DNA from: Monocercomonoides exilis PA203
Lineage: Eukaryota; Protista; Preaxostyla
NCBI GenBank assembly: GCA_001643675.2
Contig: LSRY02000044.1
Coordinates: forward strand, 1 to 64,000
Length of the DNA: 64,000 nucleotides
Direction: 5' to 3'
Below, piece by piece: positions 32,201 through 43,814 of this stretch (positions within the stretch are counted from its first letter, which is position 1; each line of letters starts with the position of its first letter). The notes below the pieces were generated by a model. It was not told where the DNA came from, made no database searches, and saw only the letters and a list, made by a program, of their open reading frames with translations. The position numbers were made by a program, and so were the translations under genes.

Positions 32201-33836
32201 GTTTGCTTCAATCAATCGATTGATGTTGTCCTTCTGCGAATCAGAACTGCCCTCACCTTTTGACTGCTCTCGTTTCTCTGTCCTCATTTTGTTGTATTCG
32301 TCGGACGACTGCACTTGATGATATGGTGGGAGATCTTGTGTTTTGATTGTCTCAACAGACACAAACCAAGATGGAACAGCTTTGTACAGCAGAGGAGTAT
32401 CACTTCTCCAGCAAAACGGATATGAATGCTTGTACATCTCCTGCTTCACGACAACATGTCTGCTTTTCAGAAGTTTAATAATTGGTGTATCAGCGTCTTT
32501 CACGTACATGCCTTTGAAGTCAGTGACATCGTCAGTGAAACATCCATCTTCATTCACTGGGCACACAAATGGCTCACCTTTTGCGTTGATAACTCCGTTT
32601 TTCAAGCAAACGGCGTTATCATCTTCACCAAAGAATGGAGCGCAATGCACAATTCCTGTTCCGCTTCCTTCTTCAACAAACGAGCCTGAAACAATGCGTA
32701 GTCCGGTCTGATCAATCTTGTTCACAAAATACGGGAACAGAGCCTCGTATTTCCATCCTTCCATTTCTGATCCTTTAATTCTGATTATTTCTGTTTGATC
32801 CATTTTCGCAATTTCATCGCTGGTAAAGTATGATGAAAGACGTTCTGCTGAAATGATCCACCAAGTGTTTGTCGGAATTTTTGGTTCTTTTGGTTTTTGC
32901 GGATTTGGCAGCATTCCCCTTACTCGAACATATTCGAAATCTGGGTTAACAGCAAGAGCCATATTTGAAGGAAGAGTCCAGGGTGTTGTTGTCCATGCCA
33001 AAACATATGTATCCATTTCATTTCCTTCTGCAGTTTTCTGTGATGAAAAGTGTGCTTCTTTCAATTTAAATGCAACTGTTATCGCTGGATCTGAAACATT
33101 CTGGTAATTTTGACCTGCTTCAAAGTTTGACAGTGGAGTGTGAAGAGCAGTGGAAAATGGCATAACTTTAACTCCCTTGTAAACAAGTCCCTTTTTATCT
33201 AATTCTTTAAATGCCCACCAAACACTTTCCATATATTTTGTATCCATAGTTTTATAGCCGTTATCAAAATCAATCCAACGCCCAAGACGAGTGACATTTT
33301 GGCGCCATTCCGAGCTGTATCTCATAACGACCTGTCGACACTTCTCATTGTATTCTTTTAATGATACATTTCCGTCTCCTCCTTTTGGTGTTGGCTTTCC
33401 GATGCCAAATAGTTTTTCAACTTCAAATTCAATTGGAAGTCCATGGCAATCCCATCCAAATCGTCTCGTAACATGAAATCCTTGCATATGCCAATATCTT
33501 GTTACGACATCCTTTCGTTATTTCAAAACGTCATAGTGAAAGATCTTGAAACAAAACAAAAATCGAAGCAAATTTGAAGAAATACCTTGATTGTTCCAGC
33601 AAGAATATGTCCGTAATGGGGCAGCCCTGTTGCAAATGGAGGACCTAATCATATAAATGAAAGAAAAACAAATTATCAAAACAAGAAATCCAAGATTTTT
33701 CAATATTTCAGATACCATCATAAAACAAATATTCAGGACGTCCTTCACTTTGCTTCAATGATTGCTTGAAAGCATCAATTTCTTCCCAATATTTAAGAAT
33801 CTTTAATTCCTCCTGAGAGTACGAAAAACGACTCAT
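29234..33836 (-). CDS. IARS1: Cytosolic isoleucyl-tRNA synthetase (eukaryotic type), 3 exons: 33836-33716, 33644-33586, 33511-29234; 1485 aa
   Basis: Spliced N-terminus [24 protein letters not shown] (HIGH motif = HYGH), [46 protein letters not shown] and KMSKRLKNY. Both introns are GT-AG and preserve the frame. Confidence 0.98.
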
Positions 33837-34370
33837 TGAAAAACTGATCACAATTTACCATTTTTTACATTTAAAATCTCATTTATGCTTTATTCTCGTT
33901 TTAAGTGTTTTATGGAGCCAAATTAACATATCATATTATTCATTTTGAAATCTGTAATTTTGATGTGATATTCAAATTAAAAGTTAGATCAACTTAAAGA
34001 AATGTTACTGTTTAATTTTGATAATGAACAAAATATGAAATGGATCTTAATGATTGTTGTTTTAGTGATTTCTGTTGAAATGACGAGTAGTAATTAATGT
34101 ATGTTAATTCACGTTATTTGAGCAGGGGGATTGAGTGGGCTGTTTGTTAGAGATTATTCAATTTCTCGATGGAGATAGTCCTAGTTATTACCCCGAGATG
34201 CTTTTATTTTATATTATCAGTTTTTATTACATTTATTATTAAAATTCTTCATTTATTTTTTTGTTCATTTTCATTTTTAGGAAAACAATATTGTTTCAAA
34301 GTTTTTGCACTTCAAGTTAGAAACTAAAAAAATTGCAAAGTCATAAATTCTAATATCTTTTTTTTTAACC

Positions 34371-37257
34371 TTAATGAAAAGCATCTTTCACATTCCATGT
34401 TGAAAACTGAAGGATGCATGAATTTTCTGATGAAATGTTTTGAAATGAAAAACAAAGATTTGAAGGAGGGAGTTGGAGATGTGTCAGTGGGCGAAGTGTT
34501 GATGAAATGGTTACTGTTGGTGTTGAATTTTGAGAAGGTAATTGAGTAAAAGTTGTTGTAAGATTGAGCGTTCCTTCCTGTAAATAATAGAGCTACATTT
34601 TCATCATGATAATTTTTAATAAATAAACAATAAAAAAATAGATTTACAAATGAAGATTTGAAATAATCTCATAGCATACTGTAAGTGAAGACTGAGAAGC
34701 TAACTGCTGAAATTGCTGAGATTGTGGAGGGAAAAAGATAATTCCGGCAGAATACATGGAAGTTCGAAGAGAATGAAAGATTTGTATCGGTCGGAGATTG
34801 GCTGTTGGTGTTGAATGGATATGTGAAGTGGATGTGGAAATAGATGCACTTGAAATTGAAGGATAGCTCAGCGACTCAGGCAACGCAATCGTATGAGCAG
34901 CTTTGAGTTCTTTGATGCGTCCAGTCTCAGTGAAAATAGGGAAAAATAGGCAATTGTCTTCGGCTGAAGGACTCTTCACAGACAAGGACAGTTCGTCGGT
35001 AAGCGGGCGTTCCAATGCTATTGCACTGGAATCCTTTGGAGCAAGCATCACTGGAGTGCTTGGCTTCTCATAATCATCAAAAATCAAACGATTTGCATGA
35101 CGCATGCTTTTAACGAATGAAGTTGACTTTAAATTTGATTTCAAAAAGCCTTCAGATGTTATGTGATCTGTATTTTTCAGTTCGGAAATTGCTGAAATGC
35201 TTGCATCATTTTTTGTAAAATTAACTTTTCCATTTTCATCAGTTTTTTCATGTTTTGTTTTATATTCCACTTTTTTTCCATTGTCTGTTTTGATTTCAGT
35301 ACAATTGAGGGGCTCAGTACTGTTTTTGATAGCATTGCTAGTTCTTTCTTTACAAACTTCTTCTGCTTCTTTTTTTTCTTCCTCTTCCTCTTCCTCTTCT
35401 TTGTGTTTTCTGCTTTTATCTTTTTCCTTGGATTTGTCAATTCTTGCACGAACTGCTTTTTTGATTTGTTTGTCAATCATTTGGTCTTTTTCAGCTTTTG
35501 TCATCTGGTCTTCACTTTTTTTATGATGTTTGCGAGGCGATTTATGCAACGAATTGTGTGGAGAGATCTTCTTTATTTTTAATTTTTTGGCAGTTGGGCT
35601 GAAGGAATGATTGTTGAGACCAGCAGCATCGTCGTCTTGTTCTTCTTTCATACTTTGCGCAGATCCAACAGAAGTTGCATCTTTCTGTGAAGTCAAGCTT
35701 TCTTTTGCTGTTTTGTTTTCTTTTAGCGTTTCTGCCAATTCAACCTGAGCATTTGCATCGTTTTCATTTGCATTGAGCACTTCAATTGAATCCGAATCGT
35801 CTTCGTCTTCGTCTTCATCCAATGGGTGATACATCACATACGCCAATCGCTCGCTCCCTCTTCGTTCAGATTCTCTCAGACTGGCTTTTCTGCTTTCGTC
35901 ATCGGTTTCTTCTTCTCTGTAATCCTGAGGCAGTGAAACAATCTCGTCATCAGATAGCAAATTGTCTGAAAAGATCTCAGGAATTTCTTTTGCTTCCTCT
36001 TCTTCCTTTTCGGTTTTTTCATCATCACTATCTCCATTTTGTCCGCTTGTTTTGTCTGTCTCTTGGTTTTTTTCGATGATCCTTTCGTTTTCGCGCTCTG
36101 CATTTTCGTCATCTGAATCGTCAATCTTTCTTCGCTTTGTCGTGTTTGGTTGTATTGGCTTCTTCTCTTTATTTCGAGAAATTGAAGACAATGACTTGGA
36201 AAAAATTGACGAAGAAGGGAACGAAGGTGAATCATCAGAAGTTGGAAGTAAGGAATTAGTTTGCGTCTGGATTGCTTTAAAGAATGGAAGTTGGGAAGGT
36301 GGTAATCTTTGTGGGAAAAAAGAAGCATTGGAGGATTGGCTTGAATTATCAGAAGGAAACTGCAAAGAATAAGATTTCAAAAAAGCTTTAAAATCAGATG
36401 AAGTTGAGGGAACAGAAACTTCAAGTTTCGATTGTAAATGGTCCTGCGAAATGTTCGTATGCAAATAAGAGTTGCCGCCATTTTCATTGTGAATGGTTTC
36501 CACGCGATTTGATTGAGATAGAGGTGTTGAATTGAGCGAAGGAGAAGAAGATACCATTTCGTTTGAGGATTTTCTTGATGAGTCATGGCAATTCTGCAAC
36601 TGCAATGAATTTTCTTCCTTGTTTTCAGCGCTTTGAATCTTTGGATCATCAAATGACTTTAAATCAAAAGAAGAGGAACTGGATAAACGATCATCCTTCA
36701 AAGAAGAAAATGAAATACATTATGTGAATGAATAAAAATTGTAAATAAGCCTTCAAGCAAACTTTCTGAGAGGATGAAAAGGTGGAACCATTTTTGTGTA
36801 TTCCTTTGTTTTCATTTGCATTGAAAGCTGAGTGATCAGATGGCTCAATGTGTTCCTGTAATAATGTTTTGCTAAGAATTGGTACAATCTCTGAATGAAT
36901 AGCATCAAATTGCAGATTGTGTGAGGGTCTTTGAGCAGTAACTGTTTTTATCATTGGGATTTCTTCTTGTGAAATCGTTGAACAATTAATTATTTCCTGA
37001 TTGAACTTTTTTGGTACATGCGCATTTTCAAGCTCTTGGTGATTTGTTTCGTGAAGTTCACTCTTGTGACTTAATAATTGATGCATTTGAGAAGGGCATG
37101 CAATTGAATGAGGTAAATCAATCAACTTTTTCGTTTCAGTTGAAATTTGCTTTTTTGTATTTGTTTGAAATGGCAATATGTTAGTAGTGTTTCCAATTTT
37201 AAGGTCATTGGTATAGAGTTTTTGATCAATGAGTTCATCGAGAAAAATTGAAGCCAT
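34371..37257 (-). CDS. Probable divergent CENP-C/Mif2-like kinetochore protein, 3 exons: 37257-36763, 36695-34680, 34592-34371; 910 aa
   Basis: Two phase-0 GT-AG introns and a long disordered S/E/K-rich body. The spliced C-terminus YSAGIIFFPP...SSLT|LYYLQEGTLNLT...LQLPPSNLCFSFQNISSENSCILQF fits the CENP-C cupin pattern. The gene itself is well supported; the identity is inferred. Confidence 0.6.
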
Positions 37258-38291
37258 TCAAAGCAATAATCAAAAAGAAAAATAACCTAAATTAAAACAA
37301 TTTTTTGATGAAACAAGAGAGTAAATCTCACAAACAAATATTTACTGCAATGAAATTTGCAAAAAAACTAAGAACAAAGCAGATTCTATTTGTACAAATA
37401 ATTATTGCAAAAATATGAAAGCAGGATTTTTCGAGTCAACTACAAATCAAACATATGATATAGCAATGAAAATAAATAAATTAATAACAATATTTTATGT
37501 ACCTTTTTAAAAAAATACGATAGCGTTGTCGGTATTTAGAATAGAGTGTTTTCTATCATAATGACATTACCATAATAAAACATTGAAATGTTATGTTCAA
37601 AAATTATTATTTTCAGTTGCAATAATTTACTAACTTTGTTCGTATAACTCAAAATAATCTTAATAGGATTTTTTCATTAATTTATATAGTTATTGTTTTC
37701 GAAATGTGTAAATCGCATTATCACATACTAATAAAACACATTTAGAAAATCTTTTTAAAATTGAAATAAACCTCAACAGAGATAAATATTTTCCTTTTCA
37801 TATATTCATTTCATTTTCTTTGAACTTATAAGAATTTTTTTTTTTATTTTATTTATTTCTTTTTTTTATTTTTTTTGATAAATAAATTTCTTCTGTTATC
37901 AACATATGGGTTATTCTTTCTGAATAGGCACAAATGTTTTATATCGAAGTGAAATAAAATAGAACCATTTGTTATTATATTTTAGTAATAAAATCATCAA
38001 ACAATTCCGCTATGCAAATTTGAATTAAAGAACGTTTTATTTGCGAGAATAAACGCGTTGATGAGATATTTAATGAATTAATTACTAAAAAATATCAAAT
38101 ATTGTTCGATTTTATTAAACTCAGTTATTAAATATTTGCAACTTATCAAAATGAATAATCCATATGAAAAAAAGAAACGATTTCAAATATTATCACCAAT
38201 TTTTTATTTGATGAACACAATTTAAGAATTACAGATTGTGCAACTTTTTGGAAAATAAAAAAAATTTTTCACTTATAATAAAAAATTAAAG

Positions 38292-38348
<57 letters not shown>
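38292..38348. repeat. A57 homopolymer
   Basis: Read directly. Confidence 0.95.
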
Positions 38349-38349
<1 letters not shown>

Positions 38350-39486
38350 ACAATTCAACGAATTTGTTAAAAATATTTAATTAATCAAAAATATCACATG
38401 GAAAATTTCAGTTCAAAGATTATTTTACAAGAAACTTTCCATGTCAACTTCAATGAAATATATATGTGTAATAATTTTTGTAATCTTTGCTTTTTTCGAA
38501 GTGTTGTTTTTTCAAAGGTTGCTTGTCATTGGGAAAAGATTTTGAAACAAAAATAAAAAAACAGTCACAACTGTTTCGAAAACAAATGTTTTAACTGAAA
38601 TAAAAATGGATACAAATATTGCACAAAATACCGGACAAGATCGATTTCACAATAACTGCAAGAGGAATAATTCTGATAATTTTCTTCAAAAATAATTCAT
38701 TAATACAAACTCATTTGATATTCAAGACTTTCATTACTAACTTGTTTATGCTCGGAAAAAAAATTAATTATAAAATCTCAGAGAAACTCAAAATCCTATT
38801 TCTCCGAAATTTCAAAAATAATTCTTTCTGAGCACAAATGAAGCTGCTTTGAAAGTCACGTTTATCTAATGAGTCTGTATTAATGAGATGAATTTTGAGG
38901 AAAATTGTCAGAATTTTTCTTCTTGCAGTTATTGTGAAATCGATCTTGTCCGGTATTTTGTGCGATGTCCGGTAGTTGATGCGATATCTGCATGTCCAAA
39001 AAATGCCTTTTTGCTTTCAAGTGTGAATTTGTTCATATTCAAGGTGAATTTTAGGTTTGAAAATTTGGAATGAAAAAATATGGTATTAAAAATAATCACC
39101 CGTATCAAAAAAGATGGATTCATCAACCTTCAAAAATATAATTGCTTATATAAGACAATGCTTTTTTTCATAATTTAATCACAAAGTCAAAACATAACAA
39201 ATTATCTGTTGAAACGATATTCAAACTTTCTTCTAATTGAAACACTTGATTCTTCGAACATATAAATATTTTTTCTTCAAATTTGAAAAATAAATAAGTC
39301 TTAGATAACGAAAAAGAAAGAAATTGAAAAATGAAACATGTGAAAAAATAATCACTGAAAAGCATGTTGTGAATAAAGAAAAATAGTCAATTTATTTAAA
39401 GAAAAATTCATATTCGAGTTTATCTCCTAATTTTGTTTTTCCTTCAGGTTGCAAAATGCAATTTATGATGATAAAAAATGTTTTTC

Positions 39487-39487
<1 letters not shown>

Positions 39488-39521
<34 letters not shown>
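39488..39521. repeat. A34 homopolymer
   Basis: Read directly. Confidence 0.95.
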
Positions 39522-39523
<2 letters not shown>

Positions 39524-40295
39524 ACACAAATTGAATATACTTTTAACTTGAGGATTGAAATAAAACATATATTGAGTGAAGTGCATACAAAATGTCGATT
39601 TATTCAAACAACTTTATCTGAAAACTTATAAATTATCTTTTTATTAATTTTTTATGAAAAATTGTTTCAATTTTTTCTGATTTATCAAAAACCAAAAATA
39701 GAATTCAGTTATAAAATATTTAAAACAAGTCATTAAAAGAAAAAATGAAAAACTTTTTCAATTACAAACATGTGTTGCAAAAGTTTTTGAATCATTTCTT
39801 GTTTTTTGATATGATTTTGTTATAATATCAATATTTGAAATATTACAAATCTTGCAACAACTTTTTATGAAAAAGACGAAATTTAAAACATTTTCTGAAA
39901 TTATTCCGTCATTTTTATTTTTTCAGTTCTTCATTAAAAAGACGATAAGTATTTTTCAAATTGTATAATTAATATTTCTAATAATTTATTTCGTGTGTTT
40001 TCCTTGTGAAATAACGGAGAGATATCTACAAAATATTATTTCCAAATCTCTTGGAATTTTGCCGTCGGAATTAAGTCAAGATATCCGGACTAAATTGCTA
40101 TATTTTTCCAGAGGTCATCAAAGAGCTTGTTATGTAAATTTACAAGATAATGCAAATGACGTCGATGGAAATACTAATAAAATTCTAAAGAATTTTAAAT
40201 TTCCAACATCAGTTTTATTAATAAATAATCAAAAACCACTCAAACCTCCCACATTGTCAACTATTACGATTATTGTAGGAATATCTTCACGAGCA

Positions 40296-42416
40296 ATGAA
40301 TTCGTTGTTAATAGTTCCTTATCTATCCAGAAACTTACGAAGCATTAAATCAATGCACATTATTCAAAGAATGGAGACGCAATTTGAAATGTCATTGCGT
40401 TCTTTTAGTTCAAATCTGTTAATTTATCATTTATTTCCACATATAAGACTTCCACTATCATTCCCTTCCTCCGAAAGTGAAGTACCTAATTTTTATGAAT
40501 CATGCAATGCGTTATTGATGGAAATTATTTCTGAATCACCAATAAATATTCACTCAAAAGGGTTTATACCTTTTTTGAACAGCGAAATTTTTGCTTTTCA
40601 TTCAACAATACTTGGGAATATACCTGATACACTATTTAAATTTGCTCCAAAAATTGCATCATTGTTTAAACTTGTGACTCCCAACGGAATTCCGGATCTT
40701 GAATCAGAAGTTTATTATTGGCTTTCAAAGATTCTACGATTACAGATTCTGATGATTGGCGTAGATATAGTTGAAAAGCGATATAAAAATACTCTTAATT
40801 TGGAATTTATAAGAAATAGCAGCTGTGAATCGATTACAGACGAAGGTGGAATACTTTCCACACACAATTTTGATCATCAAACAGCCTTCTCCAAGCTAAA
40901 TGAAGCACGAACGATCTACAGCTTTTACAACGAACTGCAAAACGGCCGATTTGTCGACAGCGCCGCCCCCTCTCTGAACACTCCGATCCTCCACTCGTTC
41001 GTCTCGACGAATCTCATCCCCGCCCGTACCGGCCGTCCGCTGCCCAACCTCAGTCTGTTCCGCATTCCGCTGCTTTACCTCTCCCTCAGCGTGGCAGCAG
41101 CGATGCTCTGCGCTTCGCAGGTGGGGCCGTCTGCCTCGCTGCTCCCTACGCCGACGAAGGAGAACATGAGAGATCTGAGAAATGCGCTCTTTCAGTCACT
41201 CGCGCACTCGAAAGGCAGAGCGAAGGGGAGAAGGAACAGCAGCGCAGACAGAGAAAGAGAAGAAGGAAGGCAAGAGGAATTGGCTGGAACAACACAAACT
41301 TCATTGGTTTCACCTGGAAGAAGTGCTGATTCGTCTCAAGCACCACTCTTTGGTTTATCAGCGATTTCCTCTTCTTCAGCAAACACTTCTTCCACTTTTC
41401 TAACACCAAAAACTCAATCTTCTTTATCACCATCAATATTGTCATCATCACCTTCTCCTCCGCCTTCTCCTTCTTCCCCCATCTCCACCTCCCCACTTCC
41501 TCTCCTCACCCCAACCTCTCCTTCTCCTTCTCCTTCTCTCTCCAATCTCAATCTCAATCACAATCACAATCCTCACCCTCACTCTCTCCCTCTCCCCCTC
41601 CCTCTCCCCGTCTCTTCCTCCTCTGTTCGCATCTCCCAGATCTTCCCCATCACCCCTTCTTCTGCCATCTCCGCCATCGAAAAAGCGACCCATCTGCACA
41701 CAGAACTCACCCGCTTTGTGCGGCAGCTGCGCGACAAACCAGATTGTGATGCGCTTTTTGCCCCGTTTGCGTCTTCTGCAGCGCTTGCAGCGAATTCAAG
41801 GGGAATTAGAGGAGGAAGAAGGAGAAGCTCGTTTTCGACGAATGGGAAGGAGAAAGGGAAAGGGAATGAATGGAATTCAGTGAACGTTGGAGAACCTTTC
41901 AATGAAGATGCATTTGATGACTCTTCTATTTCTTTGCTGACACAACCACAACCTCAAATTCAATCACAATTTCAATCAACATCACCTTCTTCTTCAACAT
42001 CATTGTCTTCTTCTTCTTCTTCTTCTTCTTCTTCTTCTTCTTCTTCTTCTTCTTCTTTTTCTCTTTCTTTTCATTCACAACCTTCTTCATATCATTCATC
42101 CACTTCTCCGTCTGCCCAGTCTTCTGCTTCTTTTCTTCTCCAAACACCTTCTTCTCTTTCAGCAGACACAGAACAAACAACCAATTTACCACAAAGCAGC
42201 ACTTTTTCTTCACTTCAGCATATCCCTCCTTCTCTTCCAGCTGATTTCTCTCTCATCCAAACACCTCAAGATTCATATCACTCTTCTTCTTCTTCTTCCT
42301 TTTCTTCCTCTTCTTCCTCTTCTTTTCAAACACCCTCTGTTCCTTCATCTAACATTCTCCAAACACCTCCCTTTGAGAGATCGCATCAAAATATCACATC
42401 ATCATCATCATCATAC

Positions 42417-42448
<32 letters not shown>

Positions 42449-43777
42449 TTCTTCTTCTTCTTCCTCTTCTCTATTTGTCATATACACAGAACCCACCAAA
42501 GTCATTTCACAGCGCCTCCAACGCCTTCTCCCCCTCTACACCTCACTTCGCCACTTCGGAGAAATAACCGCATTCTCCTCATCATTTCTCCGAAACTTTT
42601 CGGAGAAATACGTGACAGCGCTAGTTCACGTGTTGAACTTCCATGCGATGAGCACATTTTTCACCGAAGACGAGTTTTCTGCCCGATTTGAGCGCATTCA
42701 GAGGAAAGTGGAGGCGCTGGACAGTTGTGTGATAAGCGAATATTCCTCTTTTATGCGGCGTGCGATGCCTGCGAACATGAAAGAGGCGATTCGGCAGACA
42801 GCGCTTCTGAAGAGGCAGATGAAGGAAAGGGAGAAAGTGCAGGCGGCGATAGAGAGGGAGACAGATGTGCTGTGGAAGACGTGGAACGCGCAGATGATCG
42901 ATTTGGAGGTGTTCTTCAGAAGATGCAGCTGCCAGCAGAAGTTCGGCAGTTTTCAGAGGGTTGTGGCGGCAGAGGCGGGAAAACAGGGGAATTCAGGGAA
43001 ATTGAGTGGAAATGGCTCTTTTGGGTATTCAATGAATGAGCAGAGGAGAACGAATAATAGGAAAGAGCATTCAACTCAGCCACAAACAGAGACATCCCAA
43101 ACTTTGTCTGTTTTTGCTGCGAACATGTCAAATTCTTCAAACATGTCAAATAAATCGAATTATTCACTCATTTCGCCTTCTCATAGCAGCACTTCACAAT
43201 CACTTTGTATTTCCTCTTTTTCTGACCCAGCTTCGTTTGCCTCAATCGAAATGAAAGAGGCAAAAAGAGAATTTGAATCACTTCTTCCCATTCATCCACC
43301 TCAGATACATCCACCACCCACCTCACAAACACCTCACAAACCATCATCAACATCTTCTTCTTCTTTTTCCTCCTCCTCCTCCTCATCATCTTCTTCTCCT
43401 TCTCCCTCTTCTTCCCTCATTCCATCTGAACCAGCACCTTCTCAAAGATCCCGTCCTCGTCCTCAATCATCTCGCTCAAACAGAATTGCTCTTTCTCCAG
43501 CGCCTTCCAACTGTCCAACCTCATTTCAACAAAATCTGCAAATGTATGTTACATCACCTTCTTCTTCTTCTTCTTCTTCTCCTCCTCCTTCATCATCATC
43601 ATCATCTTCTTCTTCAATTTCTGCCTTTTCTTCTTCTTCTTCTTTATCCCCTTCTTCTTCTTCTTCTTCTTCATATCTGCTGACTCCTCCTTCAAACAAG
43701 GCAGATGCCAATCTTCTTTCCTCTTCAGCCATTTTCAAATCAACTCCAGCTCCTTCTTTTCCCTCCTTGTCATCTCC

Positions 43778-43814
<37 letters not shown>

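Noticed and set aside
34075-34205. GC-richer island upstream of IleRS as a snoRNA/snRNA (ATGACGA, GTAGTA words)
   Set aside because: No convincing D box, terminal stem or U2 5' sequence; an Infernal/Rfam search would be needed.
39867-39968. Upstream in-frame ATG (39867) as the dynein start
   Set aside because: It is separated from the long frame by TAA 39966-39968, and I found no phase-compatible intron that removes the stop.
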